A stretch of 64,000 bases of DNA from positions 1,116,001 through 1,180,000 of the forward strand of contig JAQOWU010000007.1 in NCBI GenBank assembly GCA_030867685.1. Reading direction: 5' to 3'. A program made the position numbers and the translations under genes. The stretch is from Wickerhamiella versatilis (taxonomy: Eukaryota). This document shows, piece by piece, positions 21,929 to 31,447 of this stretch (position 1 is the stretch's first letter; each line of letters starts with the position of its first letter). Under the pieces are notes generated by a model, which was given only the letters and a program-made list of their open reading frames with translations, was not told where the DNA came from and ran no database searches.

Positions 21929-22444
21929 ATGTTCTTTCTAAAGGACCTTTCGCTGGAGCTAACTCTCCATCCGTCATATTTTGGGCCACATATGCATCAG
22001 TTTCTTCGGACGAAACTATTGCAAGAAGTTGAGGGGACATGCACAGGCCAATATGGGTACGTTGTCTGTGTGATGGATGGCATGAAAATAGATGTTGGGA
22101 AGGGGGCTGTTCCAAGCGGTGTTGGTTCAGCCATTTTTAATGTTGTTTACAGTGCCGTGGTATGGCGTCCATTTAAAGGCGAAGTAGTCGATGCAATAGT
22201 CACAAACGTCAATAAGATGGGAGTCTTTTGCGATGTTGGTCCCATGTCTGTATTCATCTCTGCTCACTTAATTCCCAGTAGTATGACTTACAATCCAACT
22301 GCTAACCCGCCTGCATTCTCCAGTGAGGACCAAAGTATTGAAAAAGGATCAAACGTTCGTGTAAAAATAGTGGGTGTTCGTGCCGATGTTGGCAAGATTT
22401 TTGCCATCGGCAGCATAAAAGAAGACTTTTTAGGTGTCATATAG
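21929..22444 (+). CDS. RPB7: RNA polymerase II subunit Rpb7
   Basis: [20 protein letters not shown]...[11 protein letters not shown]...[11 protein letters not shown]...[11 protein letters not shown]. Confidence 0.97.
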   Translation: MFFLKDLSLELTLHPSYFGPHMHQFLRTKLLQEVEGTCTGQYGYVVCVMDGMKIDVGKGAVPSGVGSAIFNVVYSAVVWRPFKGEVVDAIVTNVNKMGVFCDVGPMSVFISAHLIPSSMTYNPTANPPAFSSEDQSIEKGSNVRVKIVGVRADVGKIFAIGSIKEDFLGVI

Positions 22445-22456
22445 CCTCATTTATTA

Positions 22457-23587
22457 TTATATTCGCGATTCAGAAGCTATTTTGTCAGATCGACGGACCA
22501 GGTCGTCGATCTCTCCTTGGTCGATTTGGCAAACATCTCTCAGGACTTCAAGAACAGGGCTACCTCTCATTATTCCTCCTTTGACAAGCCCAAATAAAAT
22601 ATCATACTTGTATTGGTCCACGCGTGGCCAAGCTACTTTAATAACTTCACACATAAACTTTTCAGAACTTTGCAGTAATTCTGGCAATGTACTAGCGAAT
22701 GGGTCAGCCATGATAGCCATCCAGATCCTAATAATTTCATCGAGATGGATGGGAACAAGCCCATTAAGCCTTGGAAGAAATTCAGTAGTTATTTTAACCA
22801 GATATAGTGTGAACTCGAAGTTTCCTTGTGTGAAACCAAAAGGTCTGATATAGCCCTCACGCATGAGTTCATTCAGCTCAGTTGGTGACTTTGATAAATA
22901 CTCCAGAGCCTTCAAAGCACGATGATGTATCTTCATGGTTACGGATGCTTCTGAGGAGGGAGGTAGAAAATGAATACAGGGTGTGATGGCCTGCTTGAAA
23001 ACGGGAATCAACCCAGATCTCTCTAGACGAGAGTGGGGTAAGAGAACAACAAGATCGCATCCACGCGCACGGTCTGCAATTTCCGGAGAATCGAGGAGGT
23101 TAAGAATACCGGGTACCAATCTTGACCACCAACGGATGGCGTCAAGACGGACTCCTAACTCGAGCAACCAAGACTTGACGCTTGGATTATCTTTCTTGGT
23201 GGCAGAATTTGACAGTCCCAACCGTTTATTTCCAGCAGATGATACCTGGTTGTGTATTTGGGGGAATAATAGATCGTCCATTATTTCTTTAGGGAATTCC
23301 GGCATATCGCCCAATTTTTTCTCATAAACATAGTATGAATGTAAATCAATAGACTCTGGAGCGGTATCTAGATGCCTTAATGATAACAGGGCCACCTGGG
23401 GCTCAACATTTTCCTTGCTCAAGAGCCCGCGAAGCTTCTCAAAATCCTGACGTGAGGAATACACTACTGCGGCTTCCAGAGGGGTCATGGGGTCCTCTAG
23501 TTTCACATTGGAAGCAGCTTGACGAATCTCATCAGTTATTTCCAGGTCTGGAGTCCACCCTTGGAGTGACTGCCTTAAGACTTCCAT
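22457..23587 (-). CDS. TTI2: Tti2 (TEL2-interacting protein 2, TTT complex)
   Basis: W..LVPGILNLLD.....RARGC.L...LERSGL..VF..AI.PC..FLP HEAT-like segment and AWPRV near the C-terminus fit the Tti2 family. Confidence 0.72.
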   Translation of the reverse strand: MEVLRQSLQGWTPDLEITDEIRQAASNVKLEDPMTPLEAAVVYSSRQDFEKLRGLLSKENVEPQVALLSLRHLDTAPESIDLHSYYVYEKKLGDMPEFPKEIMDDLLFPQIHNQVSSAGNKRLGLSNSATKKDNPSVKSWLLELGVRLDAIRWWSRLVPGILNLLDSPEIADRARGCDLVVLLPHSRLERSGLIPVFKQAITPCIHFLPPSSEASVTMKIHHRALKALEYLSKSPTELNELMREGYIRPFGFTQGNFEFTLYLVKITTEFLPRLNGLVPIHLDEIIRIWMAIMADPFASTLPELLQSSEKFMCEVIKVAWPRVDQYKYDILFGLVKGGIMRGSPVLEVLRDVCQIDQGEIDDLVRRSDKIASESRI

Positions 23588-23771
23588 AAGCAAGATTTAG
23601 TGGACATTCTGCGACTTCTATACATTGTCCTCTCGAAGACTAATGTCGGATAATGATTTAGTTTGAAAAGAATATTTGTTATATAGCATCGTGTGAAGTG
23701 CTAATAGTAATCGCAATCATTGCTTCTATAATTTGAAAAAAAGTTCTGGACTATGTACAATATATTCCTCC

Positions 23772-24041
23772 TTAAGAGCTTTGCTCCTGAATCATTTTGA
23801 CAACACTTACATTTGTATCCAAAAACCGACCTAAACAGTTTTGTAAACAGGAGCTTTCACTCGTGCTAAGTCCAGGGCTGGAAACAGACGAAACACATTT
23901 AGGAAAACAAAAGTCTGTGAACGTATGAACAGAGGAGCGAACTTTGGCTTTAGAAACTTCTTGTTCCATCCACTGCGCCATTTCTTTACGCTGATTGTCG
24001 TCTAGTTGCGAAAGTGCCGATACATCTACTTTCGATGCCAT
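23772..24041 (-). CDS. TIM8: Small Tim chaperone Tim8
   Basis: Twin CX3C (CFPKC, CLQNC), VHTFTD and RFLDTN motifs. Confidence 0.93.
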   Translation of the reverse strand: MASKVDVSALSQLDDNQRKEMAQWMEQEVSKAKVRSSVHTFTDFCFPKCVSSVSSPGLSTSESSCLQNCLGRFLDTNVSVVKMIQEQSS

Positions 24042-24201
24042 TTATGTGTATTAATAAGGGGCTTTTCTCCGTCGAACCAAACAGATCAGGGCTATCTTGA
24101 TTTTTAGAGGCTCCAGCATCCGAAATATTTTTATTATTACCATAAATTAAGAATAGACTACGAGCAAACGAACACCTAGTTTTATTTCTATTATACAATC
24201 T

Positions 24202-27200
24202 CTACTGCATTACGCTCTGGGGACTTCTTTTGGTCAGAAATTCACCCACATCACGTTCTAGTCGCTTTCGACGATTGTAATCAGCAGATATGTCAATAAT
24301 TTCTGCGGGATCATTGAGTGAAAGTTGAGCTAGAGCATCCGCATTCTCCTGATTTTGAGGCAGTCTGTTCACACGCCGCGAGATTTCGGTGATACGCGTA
24401 TCTACCTTTTTGATAGCCACGGATAGATCAGCAATGTTGAAAGTCCTTCCAGAAACAACCCAGCTGATGAAGAGCTCTGATTCCGCTTTTCCAAGTCTAG
24501 CGCTAAGTTGCGCTAGTTTGCGTCTCAATTTATCACGAATCTCGCTTTGATCCAATGTTAAAGGACGAAGTAAGTAAGCCTCTTTGGAAAGCTCTGCTTC
24601 AAAGGAGGCTACTTGGGCACCTAAACTCACAGTTTCATCTAAGATGGAAGTTGTGACGGACCGAAGCTGCTCCGTCTTTGAGAGAGTATTTGCGAACTGA
24701 TCGTTTGACTTAACTTCCAAATCAAGGCTTCTTGTTTCATTATTCAACTTCTCAAAGCTTTCAACTCCACTGCCATTCGTTTTCAGAATGTTACCCAAAA
24801 CGCTCAGGTTGTGATCCAGTACCTGGAACATAGAATTTGTCTCAGCATAAAACCGATCAATATCACTTAAAGCAGGTGATGAACATGGGATGACGTCTAA
24901 CATATATCCCCGTAGACTACCATCCCACTCTGTAGCTTCCACAGGATCGTAAGCACGACCACTACTGCCACTATTAGATGAATTTTCTCCCCCAGCGTTA
25001 CTAGCATCTAGGCCTTTCACAGTAGTTTCTCTCCCGTTATCAAAAGGAACAGCCTCTTTTGGCTTCTCAGTTTCGTGCATTTTGCTGTAGGTTTCTGGAC
25101 CTTTGGACTCAATAGGAGCATTTGATAAATCATTTGACTTAGGTTCATTAGACAGCATATTCGACCTGGAACCAAAGCCACCAAGCACGCTTGGTTCTTC
25201 TGACAGCTCTAGTTTAGGCATATCAATTTTCTGTTCAGTGTTTTGAGGAGCTCCAGACGTGGCCGATGACCCATTCAAATTGAGTCCACCAAAAGTCGGT
25301 ATACCTCCACCCTCTGCATCCGAATCACTCTTACTATCTTCCGTAGTATCTGATTCATCGATGTCAGAGCTCATTGATTCATTAGCTGGCGGCAATTTAG
25401 TATTTTTTGGGCTGGGTTCTGCAGATTCTCCCAAATGTGAGCTCGACATAAGCTTGGATATATCTGCCGCTGGCGTTTTCCCAATTTCATTTGAAGAAGT
25501 CTGCTCGTCTTTCTGAGATAAGCCAGCGTCTATTTTTCCAGAGTTAAATATTGTTGATTTCTTGCTAGCAAAAGAAGGAAAAATGGACGGTTTAGAATCA
25601 TTTGCTTTTACAGCAAAAGGAGAAGCATGTTGAGTCTTTTCGTCATTCCTTGAAAAAAGGGATCCTTGTTCTTTGGGCTGAGGCTTGGCAAAAGATGCAG
25701 ATGGAGAATCTCTTGACGCGGAGCCTAGTGTGTTATTTGGCGCAGTTCCGAAAGGAGAACTTTTAGTGTTTGCAAAATTTGCAAATCCTCCACCTAAGGG
25801 AGGTGCACTGAAGGTGAATGAAGTCTTTGGCTTCAAGGACGTGTTTTCAGCGAATTGAATATTTGTAGTCTTTCCGAATGCGCCTGTACTACCGAAGGCT
25901 CTAGGCTTTTGATCACCCAAAGCAGTGAACGTATTAGAACTGCTGGCCTCTTTCTGGTCTTCTGTGGAAACTGAATCTGCATTTGTATCAACCTTCTCCA
26001 ATTCGCCGTCTCCTACCTCAAGCGAAGTAGAATCCTCTACAGGTGCTTTACTTGATACAATTTCACTTTCACTTTCACTTTCATTTTGATTAGTATCCTC
26101 GCCGGCCTTTGTATCGTTACTATCGTTAATCTTTTCAAAGACCGAATTTTCCGGTTTGATCACAGAACCCGGAGCGGCGGTACTGACAGGTAAGGGTGTA
26201 TTGTTTCTTATAGCTTCCTTTGATACAACGTGCCAGCCTAATATGCGTCCTTCATTGGTTAAAATCCACCAGACTGGTGATGCCACACCATCATCAATGC
26301 CTGGAAACGGCCCATTAGCAGGCAGAGGTATACTGGAATCTAGAGAACCTCCAACGGGCGATATTTCACTCTCCCCCAAAGGCAAAATAGCTCGGTCTGC
26401 ATCTTCGTAAGGCGCAAGAATGGCTGATGTGTTAGCTAGAGTCATGTCTGTAGAAGCAGCTGCAGTGGCTACCCATAGCTGGTCAACCCAGTCGATTGAA
26501 CCCGAGTACAGGGTAAATGCACGTGTATTATCACCAAAAGGCTCAGCAACATCATTAACGGCTCTTACACCGTTCTCTTTTGTCCAGATATGCAAGTCAT
26601 AATCTTCGTTGTTTCCGGTGACCAGCAACAATTCGTCATTTGCAACAAAAGCGATCCCACAGACTTCTGACTGCAAGTCTATCACCTCTGAGTTGTAAGT
26701 AACTTTGTTTCCCACGGAAGTGGCGCAGCAGCCGGACCTATCGTAGGCTGCCAAGGATGCATCACAAACCTCGCGCAACTCATCATCCAATTCCCATAGC
26801 TTTCCCGACGCCACAAAGGCCAGCTTTGATTTAGATGAAACTTTCACAAGACTGGTTAATGTTGGGATTTGTTGTTTCCAGTCTAACGTCCCGTTAGCAA
26901 GATTATACATGCTGAGATTATTAGAGCTATCATAGGTAGCTGCTTGGACACCATTGGCTAGTATTTGAAGTTGAAGAATCCCAGGATGGCTAATAGTTTT
27001 CAAGTTAGGATCGCCATTGGTTTTTAGGGCATTGAAAAGGTCAACTGTTGATCCATACACCAAATTATTTGGCCCGGCTGCAAGATATCTACCTGTCGAC
27101 GGCGATGTATCAAACAGTCGTAAAGGCTTGAAAGGTACACTTGTCCATCCTTCTGTAATTTTTAGGCCAAACTCACCTCCAACAGAGCGGAAAGCCCAGT

Positions 27201-27222
27201 CTTCTGTATCTTGGACCTCCAT
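24202..27222 (-). CDS. NUP159: Nucleoporin Nup159/Nup214-like
   Basis: N-terminal beta-propeller-like region, central low-complexity region with FG/PF/SF motifs (AFGSTGAFG, SSPFG, GGFG), C-terminal coiled coil with LRPLTLDQSEIRDKLR motif. Confidence 0.75.
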   Translation of the reverse strand: MEVQDTEDWAFRSVGGEFGLKITEGWTSVPFKPLRLFDTSPSTGRYLAAGPNNLVYGSTVDLFNALKTNGDPNLKTISHPGILQLQILANGVQAATYDSSNNLSMYNLANGTLDWKQQIPTLTSLVKVSSKSKLAFVASGKLWELDDELREVCDASLAAYDRSGCCATSVGNKVTYNSEVIDLQSEVCGIAFVANDELLLVTGNNEDYDLHIWTKENGVRAVNDVAEPFGDNTRAFTLYSGSIDWVDQLWVATAAASTDMTLANTSAILAPYEDADRAILPLGESEISPVGGSLDSSIPLPANGPFPGIDDGVASPVWWILTNEGRILGWHVVSKEAIRNNTPLPVSTAAPGSVIKPENSVFEKINDSNDTKAGEDTNQNESESESEIVSSKAPVEDSTSLEVGDGELEKVDTNADSVSTEDQKEASSSNTFTALGDQKPRAFGSTGAFGKTTNIQFAENTSLKPKTSFTFSAPPLGGGFANFANTKSSPFGTAPNNTLGSASRDSPSASFAKPQPKEQGSLFSRNDEKTQHASPFAVKANDSKPSIFPSFASKKSTIFNSGKIDAGLSQKDEQTSSNEIGKTPAADISKLMSSSHLGESAEPSPKNTKLPPANESMSSDIDESDTTEDSKSDSDAEGGGIPTFGGLNLNGSSATSGAPQNTEQKIDMPKLELSEEPSVLGGFGSRSNMLSNEPKSNDLSNAPIESKGPETYSKMHETEKPKEAVPFDNGRETTVKGLDASNAGGENSSNSGSSGRAYDPVEATEWDGSLRGYMLDVIPCSSPALSDIDRFYAETNSMFQVLDHNLSVLGNILKTNGSGVESFEKLNNETRSLDLEVKSNDQFANTLSKTEQLRSVTTSILDETVSLGAQVASFEAELSKEAYLLRPLTLDQSEIRDKLRRKLAQLSARLGKAESELFISWVVSGRTFNIADLSVAIKKVDTRITEISRRVNRLPQNQENADALAQLSLNDPAEIIDISADYNRRKRLERDVGEFLTKRSPQSVMQ

Positions 27223-27234
27223 AGGTAAGAATGA

Positions 27235-27241
27235 TGACTCA
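27235..27241. promoter_or_regulatory. Gcn4/AP-1 consensus site TGACTCA in the NUP159-HIS5 divergent region
   Basis: Perfect TGASTCA; HIS genes are established Gcn4 targets. Confidence 0.4.
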
Positions 27242-27682
27242 GATTCGCCGAATATTCTCTGGACGTGTGGAGATTTTATATCTTATCTATTTTTTGTTTC
27301 TTTCTTAATGAATTGGTATTAGCCCATCAGATTACTCGTTTTTAATTGTCGCTGGTTGTTGTCATTGGAGCGGTGCAAGGGTCACGACTGTCCTTCCATA
27401 TCGTGGCAAAATACAATAACTTCTCACTAACCAGTCTAAAATTTAAATGTGTAGAACGAAATTCTGCACCTTTAATATTGATGAGTGGCTTTAAAAACAA
27501 GTGTGATATAAAACTAGACGAAGTTTAAATTTCGAATACTCGGCGTAAAAAAAACACACCATATAGAGGTTAGTCCTATAAGATAATAAATAAAATAACT
27601 GCTTAAATTTTTTGTCGGGACCTGAGCATCCCCGGCTTATTATGAGTTTGGGAACAACATTTTTCCACACGTACGCTGTGTA

Positions 27683-27689
27683 TGAGTCA
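27683..27689. promoter_or_regulatory. Gcn4/AP-1 consensus site TGAGTCA just upstream of the HIS5 ATG
   Basis: ATGAGTCA ending 3 nt before the ATG at 27693. Confidence 0.4.
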
Positions 27690-27692
27690 CCA

Positions 27693-28817
27693 ATGTCAAT
27701 TCGGGATCTTGTGAGACCAAATATACGGAAGCTCACACCGTATCGGTGTGCACGAGACGATTTCCAAGAAGGTATACTGCTAGATGCAAATGAGAACACG
27801 CATAGCCCTAGCGTACATGATCTCACCAATGCCGAGGCAGACCTTGATCTGAATCGATATCCTGACCCTCACCAGATTGATGTGAAGAAACAGATATGTA
27901 GTATGCGTGGCGGCAACCTCAAACCAGAGAATCTCTATTTAGGGGTTGGGTCTGATGAAACAATTGACAGTCTAATTCGTGCCCTTTGCCAGCCAGCTCG
28001 CGAAAAAATGTTGATTTGCCCTCCAACATATGGAATGTATTCAGTAAGTGCAAACATCAACGATGTTGAGATTGTTAAAGTACCTCTTGATCCAAAATCC
28101 TTCCAGGTCCGTGTCGACGATGTTCTAGATGTACTTCACATGGATCCGTCGATCAAACTTGTCTACATATGCTCACCTGGTAACCCCACTGGCATACAGG
28201 TAAAGAAGGAAGATATAGTCAGGATCACTGAAGAGTGGAAAGGAGGAGTTGTCGCTGTCGATGAGGCTTACATTGACTTCGCTCGGAAACCATCTATGGC
28301 TCCCTTAGTAACTTCTCATGAGCGTCTTGTCGTTATACAGACATTGTCAAAGAGCTTTGGTCTTGCTGGACTGCGATTGGGAATTTGCTATGCTCATGAG
28401 CCCCTCGCGACTTTGCTTAATTCAATGAAAGCGCCTTATAACATCTCTACAACAACGTCAATGTTGGCACAACGTGCGCTACTACCTCAGTCTATTGAAT
28501 ACATGCAAAAAACTGTTGGGGAGATTTTGCGAGAACGTGCAAGACTCGAGAAAGAGCTTCCTAACATTTCTGGTATCGGAAATATCATAGGTGGATGGGA
28601 TGCCAATTTCCTTCTTGTTCAAATCCTAGATAAGCAGCATCAAAAGCCATCAAACGAGAGGGCACTTGAAGTTTATGAGACTATGGCAGTCAAATATCGT
28701 GTTGTTGTAAGGTTTAGAGGGAAGGAGCAAAATTGCTTGGGATGTCTACGAATCTCTGTTGGAACTCATGACGAAAATACCGTATTGTTGAATTGTTTGA
28801 GGACAATTCTTGACTAG
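27693..28817 (+). CDS. HIS5: Histidinol-phosphate aminotransferase
   Basis: PYRCARDDF..GILLDANEN, NRYPDPHQ, LGVGSDE, CSPGNPTG, DEAYIDF, QTLSKSFGLAGLRLG (PLP lysine). Confidence 0.96.
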   Translation: MSIRDLVRPNIRKLTPYRCARDDFQEGILLDANENTHSPSVHDLTNAEADLDLNRYPDPHQIDVKKQICSMRGGNLKPENLYLGVGSDETIDSLIRALCQPAREKMLICPPTYGMYSVSANINDVEIVKVPLDPKSFQVRVDDVLDVLHMDPSIKLVYICSPGNPTGIQVKKEDIVRITEEWKGGVVAVDEAYIDFARKPSMAPLVTSHERLVVIQTLSKSFGLAGLRLGICYAHEPLATLLNSMKAPYNISTTTSMLAQRALLPQSIEYMQKTVGEILRERARLEKELPNISGIGNIIGGWDANFLLVQILDKQHQKPSNERALEVYETMAVKYRVVVRFRGKEQNCLGCLRISVGTHDENTVLLNCLRTILD

Positions 28818-28914
28818 GTAATAATGGCTACGTCGTAATAAGAATTTTTCATGGAAAGAACCTTCTAGTTCTAGTTTCGAAACTAAAATAGTCACACCTT
28901 ACACTTCCATATGC

Positions 28915-30423
28915 CTAAATTAATGCGGAAACATTCCATATTCCCAGTCCCAGATGGAAATTAGACAAATCCCCCCAATCAATGTGTTCAAGTGAAACGT
29001 GATAAGGCGTTGACCACACTAAGTCACCGAGGAAGGGTATTTCATTAGCCAACGGGGCTACGAAGTAAAGCGGTCTCGATGCATCCTTTAGAGTCTGAAG
29101 AACAGTATCCTGAGATGCGCCTAAGAAATCTACAACAGTAAGATTTGATGGCGGACTTTCCAAGAGTTGTACTATTTCAGGTAAGGAATTTCCTCTTGGA
29201 CTCAATTCGGCATAATGTACGCTTTGTTGCGGTAGACCTGTAATCCACAAAGGAGGGGTGTAAGTTTTCCACCAAGCGACAGTACAAGGGCGAGGTAGAC
29301 TGCGTATGAAAACCTGGGCAGGAATTACTCCTCCCTGATGAAAGACACCCATGAGGACTGCCGCGAGTCCATTAAAAAGAAACCACAATACTAGGATGAT
29401 CTGCCTCACGCGCTGCGATCGGAACTGCGTTACATCCATCTGTGTACATAGTAGTGGAACAAGAGGTAATAGAAACCTTGCTTCCTGATGAGGTGCGCAC
29501 GATAGGACAACAAGTGCGCTTATAACACTCTGCATGGCCAAGGAATTCCTTCGCGGGCGGATCAGGAGAAGTCCAGGACCAAGAAGTTGGGGTAAGTTAA
29601 CCAATAGATGGGTTATTCGTGGATGTAGTCCATGTTCTTTTAAATTTTCTGCGACAGAATTGAAACGAAAATTATTGAGGGGTGAAATCACCCACGAAGT
29701 GCTACCGTAAATGGTTGTATCAACTGCAACGAATAAAAAGGATGCAAGTACTACAGTAAGCCCAAAAATGACCCCATTGAGTTTGTGGTTCCAGTAAAAA
29801 CGAATTAAACTTAAACTTGGCAATAATAGAAAAGCAACAAACGTAGGCCGGTTAAAAATTCCAAGAACAACGATAATCCCTAGAAGCACAGAATCATAAA
29901 TCCGATCAAATTCAGTCTGCGACCTTCGTCGTTTTTCGAATTCATGAAGTATAACCATGTACCAGAGCAGAAGAATTGTTTCCAAAGAGTTAGAGAAAGT
30001 ATGCGACTGCCAAGTCAAAGTAACGTAGGATGTACTAAGAAACAGGAGACTACGCAGTTTGTCGGATTTCCTAATTGCCAGCCGATCTACAGCCATGTCC
30101 TCCAGGATCCACGTAATAGCTGCACAAACCAGTCTTAACACAAGAAATACCTTCATAGGATCGACAGAACTAGCCCACATGGACATAGAAATGCCATAAT
30201 GTAACCAAATGGGTATAAAGCTTCGTATAGGATGTGAGTCTTGAAATTCCCATGGGATTTGGGCAGCCCAACCATAAAGCCCATTTGCCATAATCTGAGG
30301 ACCCTGAAGATGTTCATCCGGATGCAAATAGCTCCATTTTACTGCCAAAAAAGCTCTGGCGCAAAATGTAACTGCGAAGACGCCCCTCCATAATCGCCGA
30401 TCTTCGAACTGCGTGGGGGGCAT
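28915..30423 (-). CDS. SMP3: GPI mannosyltransferase 4 (Smp3/PIG-Z, GT22)
   Basis: YLHPDEHLQ, IPWEF...PIRS, QSHTFSNSLET, FNRPTF, HGLHPR, PHQEARFLLP, HQGGVIP, WWKTYTPP. Confidence 0.9.
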   Translation of the reverse strand: MPPTQFEDRRLWRGVFAVTFCARAFLAVKWSYLHPDEHLQGPQIMANGLYGWAAQIPWEFQDSHPIRSFIPIWLHYGISMSMWASSVDPMKVFLVLRLVCAAITWILEDMAVDRLAIRKSDKLRSLLFLSTSYVTLTWQSHTFSNSLETILLLWYMVILHEFEKRRRSQTEFDRIYDSVLLGIIVVLGIFNRPTFVAFLLLPSLSLIRFYWNHKLNGVIFGLTVVLASFLFVAVDTTIYGSTSWVISPLNNFRFNSVAENLKEHGLHPRITHLLVNLPQLLGPGLLLIRPRRNSLAMQSVISALVVLSCAPHQEARFLLPLVPLLCTQMDVTQFRSQRVRQIILVLWFLFNGLAAVLMGVFHQGGVIPAQVFIRSLPRPCTVAWWKTYTPPLWITGLPQQSVHYAELSPRGNSLPEIVQLLESPPSNLTVVDFLGASQDTVLQTLKDASRPLYFVAPLANEIPFLGDLVWSTPYHVSLEHIDWGDLSNFHLGLGIWNVSALI

Positions 30424-30628
30424 GCGTAAGCGATAAATTCTGGGATGAGAGGTCCTGCATTCGTAGATAAAGATTATACAATCATCATAATAAAATGCGT
30501 GAAAAGCGCTCTAATTTATAACATTATAGTGTCAAACCTTATATTGCCGAACTTAACCGCCATGTAGATGATTAATAGTCACACATCAGAAAAAATTAAG
30601 TAATTCGATACAATTTTGATTTGTCGTT

Positions 30629-31390
30629 ATGCCAGCACCTACTGCGATTAAAGCTGCTCCTAATTCGTCAGTTAGTGAGCCATCAGTTCCGGCAGATAGC
30701 CCTGGAGAGGATGAGATTATGATCGATGTTTCTACTACAGTCCCTGTTGATGCTGGTGGAGAGGATAACAAAACAGGGAATGTTGTTTTGGATACAGAAG
30801 GCCGTCCACAATTCTCCTCGGTTTCGAATAAACATGAGGCTGTGAAAAGAGAGAGGCGTGCAGTACCAGTGCCCCCTAACCGATTTGGCCCTTTGAAAAA
30901 TAGCTGGTCGAAAATCTATTTTCCGTTAGTAGATCACTTGAAGCTTCAGGTCAAAATGGATATTCGGCGCAAGCGCGTGCTACTACGAACATCGCAACAA
31001 ACTACTGACAGTGGTGCAATTCAGAAGGCAGATGACTTTCTTAGGGCATTTATGCTTGGGTTTGATGTTGACGATGCCACAGCCCTATTACGTCTTGATG
31101 ACCTCTATATAGAGTCCTTTGAAATTAAGGATGTCAAAGCATTACATGGGGATCATTTGAGTAGAGCTATCGGGCGTATTGCTGGTAAGGATGGTAAGAC
31201 GAAATATGCCATTGAAAATGCCTCTCGTACTCGAGTCGTATTAGCTGATTCCAAGATTCATATAATGGGTGGCTATACGAATATCAAGATAGCTCGTGAA
31301 GCAGTTGTGAAATTGATTTTGGGTAAGCCTCCTGGCAAAATATATGGCAATTTGCGAATCGTCTCGTCACGAATGAAAGAGCGCTACTAA
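30629..31390 (+). CDS. PNO1: Pre-rRNA processing KH-domain protein Pno1/Dim2
   Basis: LLRLDDLYIESFEIKDVK.LHGDHLSRAIGRIAGKDGKTK, PGKIYGNLR..SSRMKERY. Confidence 0.96.
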   Translation: MPAPTAIKAAPNSSVSEPSVPADSPGEDEIMIDVSTTVPVDAGGEDNKTGNVVLDTEGRPQFSSVSNKHEAVKRERRAVPVPPNRFGPLKNSWSKIYFPLVDHLKLQVKMDIRRKRVLLRTSQQTTDSGAIQKADDFLRAFMLGFDVDDATALLRLDDLYIESFEIKDVKALHGDHLSRAIGRIAGKDGKTKYAIENASRTRVVLADSKIHIMGGYTNIKIAREAVVKLILGKPPGKIYGNLRIVSSRMKERY

Positions 31391-31447
31391 TTTATTATCG
31401 ACTTAGTCTATCACTCCAGAATATGTCCATAACTCTATTCACCACTA

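Noticed and set aside
28811-28817. TGACTAG read-through motif at the end of HIS5
   Set aside because: The TGA is out of frame; the real stop is TAG (CTT GAC TAG).
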